Below are positions 30,076-32,000 of a DNA stretch of 32,000 bases, piece by piece (position 1 is the first letter of the stretch; the number at the start of each line of letters is the position of its first letter). Source of the stretch: Candidatus Hadarchaeales archaeon (GTDB lineage: Archaea; Hadarchaeota; Hadarchaeia; Hadarchaeales; Hadarchaeaceae); assembly GCA_038823825.1 (NCBI GenBank), contig JAWBCC010000001.1, positions 270,001 to 302,000 of the forward strand. Direction: 5' to 3'. A model generated the notes under the pieces. The model was not told the DNA's origin, ran no database searches, and was given only the letters and a program-made list of their open reading frames with translations. Both the position numbers and the translations under genes were made by a program.

Positions 30076-31077
30076 TCACCCCTGTTGAGACTTTAGACTT
30101 ATGTAAGTGATAGTCGGTGTTCCGCTCGGGAACTTGGGTGGTCTAATCGCCTGTCGCAAAAGAAGCAGTCTCTTTGTTGTCCCTGGAACTGATCCACTAA
30201 CCACTATGTAATCGGACCTTATTGGACCATACCTCAAAAAACCACCTTTCGGTGTTATTTCCTTCCCATTCGTTCCAATTTTTAGTATTCGTTTGTTTAA
30301 CTCTGTTCTCTGGTGATATCCCATCTGTCCAGCCATTGGTACGGTCCACATGACCTTTGCTGGAGTCCAAGGACCGATTGATCCAACCTGTCTCCGCCCC
30401 TTTCTGGTTTTTCTCGGAAGAATCTTTATGCCCCATCTCTTAACCGGTCCTTGGAATCCTTTTCCCTTTGTGATTCCTATAACATCAACAAACTCTCCCT
30501 CATTAAAAATCTTTGAAACCTGAATTTCGGTGCCGAGAATCTTTTTGCAGTATTCCCACTTTTCTTCTAAAGATTTTCCACTAACTCCGGCTTCAACGAT
30601 TTCCGGAGTTTTCTTAGGAACATTCCCCTTCCAAGGTTGTGTGCAGATAATGGCTCGAACATCAACAGCTTTTCCGCTTTTCACAAGCTCTTCGGCTTTA
30701 TTAATCGCTTTTTCAAAGTCGTATTTCTTGATTTTAGGAATTTTTCGGAAAATTTGTTTTGGCAGGTCCTTGGCCCATACTTCATAAATCGCTTTCTTAC
30801 CCCGTTCAGCCTTTGCATAGATGCGAACAGCACAAACGAAAACTGGCGGAGTCTCTAAAACAGTAACTGGCACAGATATCTCTTGCCCATATGTTAAGCT
30901 TCCTTTTCTGTCATCAATTATGAAAACATGACTCATTCCTGCCTTGTACGCAGGAAACAACTGGAGCCTAACCTCTTCCGATATAGGATAAGTCTGTACT
31001 CTACCATAGGGTCTTTTAGCCCTGACTCGCGGCGAAAACGCCAAAGATCCTCTTCTTGGTCTACTCGTCTTTCCCAT
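30076..31077 (-). CDS. rpl3: 50S ribosomal protein L3 (uL3)
   Basis: [21 protein letters not shown]...[65 protein letters not shown]; SD-like gaaggagg upstream. Confidence 0.97.
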   Translation of the reverse strand: [333 protein letters not shown]

Positions 31078-31144
31078 TTTTTTTGTCCTCCTTCTACTTC
31101 GCTACTTCATTCTTTAGTCAATCGTCAATATAAACTGTGGATAT

Positions 31145-32000
31145 TTAAAAAAGTAGAATCTCGGCAGAAATTACGGCCGATGTGGTAAATATGGCAAGAA
31201 GGCTGATGATGAACCCGTATTTGGTAAATTCTGAAAACGAGATCGGATATCCAGACTGGGTGAGTATTTCAGACCACATTATTCCAGCCAGCGAACCCGT
31301 GATCATGGTGCAAGGGCCAATGTCGCTGCCGGCTATTATGGCCAAAGCTACTCCCTTATTTTGAACGTTCAAACTTCTTGAGAAGAAAACAGCCATCGGA
31401 TGATTATTCATAAATCCAGACAACCAACTGGCTGCGAAGCACACTGCTACAATGGATATACTACTCATCCTAAAAATAGAAAAAATGGAGGAGAATCTTG
31501 CTGTCCAACCAGTGTATGCAAGGCCCTCCACAAGTACAAACAGTCCAATAAGATAGGGGGCAATTTTCCAAGGTACTCTAACTGCGATTTTTCTGAGGAG
31601 TTTCCTATAGCTAATGAAAAAGGCGAGCAAAATGGCGAAAATCAAAGAGATGCTCCAAGCCGGAAGTTTTGTTATGCTTTTCGGTAATCCAATTAGAGTT
31701 ATTGTCAGAAAAAGGCAAAGCAGACCGGCCCACATGGCTTTTCTATCTCTTATTATCTCGAGATTTTCTTCCATTTGAACTTCCAGACTCTCTGGTATCT
31801 GTTTTCTGAAGATTATCCAGAGGGCAATCGTACACACCAAAGTTGAAAGAAAGGAAGGAAGCAGCATAAATTTGGCAAATTCTACGAAATCTATACCAAC
31901 AAAATCTGCAACGATGATGTTTGTTGGGTTTCCGATATAAAGTGCCATTCCAGCGATGTTTGTACTAAAAAATTGAAGAAAGAGGAATGGTATTGGATTT
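31145..32000 (-). CDS. ArsB/SLC13-like permease, N-terminus beyond window edge
   Basis: Frame stays open to the window end (...TNIAGMALYIGNPTNIIVADFVGIDF...); multiple TM segments; FMNNHPMAVFF and GSDIGPCTMITGSLAGIMW motifs of the IT/ArsB superfamily. Confidence 0.75.
   Translation of the reverse strand, partial: NPIPFLFLQFFSTNIAGMALYIGNPTNIIVADFVGIDFVEFAKFMLLPSFLSTLVCTIALWIIFRKQIPESLEVQMEENLEIIRDRKAMWAGLLCLFLTITLIGLPKSITKLPAWSISLIFAILLAFFISYRKLLRKIAVRVPWKIAPYLIGLFVLVEGLAYTGWTARFSSIFSIFRMSSISIVAVCFAASWLSGFMNNHPMAVFFSRSLNVQNKGVALAIIAGSDIGPCTMITGSLAGIMWSEILTQSGYPISFSEFTKYGFIISLLAIFTTSAVISAEILLF

Overview
This looks like an archaeal chromosomal window of mostly ordinary housekeeping content. 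From left to right it contains: a KEOPS pair (Bud32/Kae1) next to a Ham1-like NTPase; a CCA-adding enzyme; a GalT-like protein; two exported proteins; a glycogen-synthase-like GT4/GT5 enzyme; a tightly packed gatD-gatE-archease-rtcB-SPOUT(COG2106) run; a 2143-codon exported/membrane ORF with kelch, lamin-tail and Ig-like modules; an ArsB/NhaD-type permease; a protein with strong hallmarks of a pentameric ligand-gated ion channel (pLGIC); an intron-containing tRNA-Arg(TCG) with encoded CCA; and a minus-strand ribosomal protein cluster L3-L4-L23-L2-S19-L22-S3-L29-aIF1-Rpp29-S17-L14-L24-S4e-L5-S14-S8. The observations most worth a second look are: (1) the archaeal pLGIC-like gene and its pairing with a permease; (2) the aIF1/SUI1 gene, absent from the supplied ORF track, which has no in-frame ATG/GTG/TTG at its conserved N-terminus and seems to begin at CTG, with L29 just upstream showing a similar possible CTG start; (3) the giant ORF, which looks like two exported proteins fused across an internal TM plus signal-peptide-like segment; (4) a 15-nt tRNA intron with a plausible bulge-helix-bulge; (5) a duplicated 18-bp imperfect palindrome in the gap between the ribosomal cluster and the tRNA. 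I found no CRISPR array, transposon or clear defence system. All family calls come from motif recognition by eye, not database searches.
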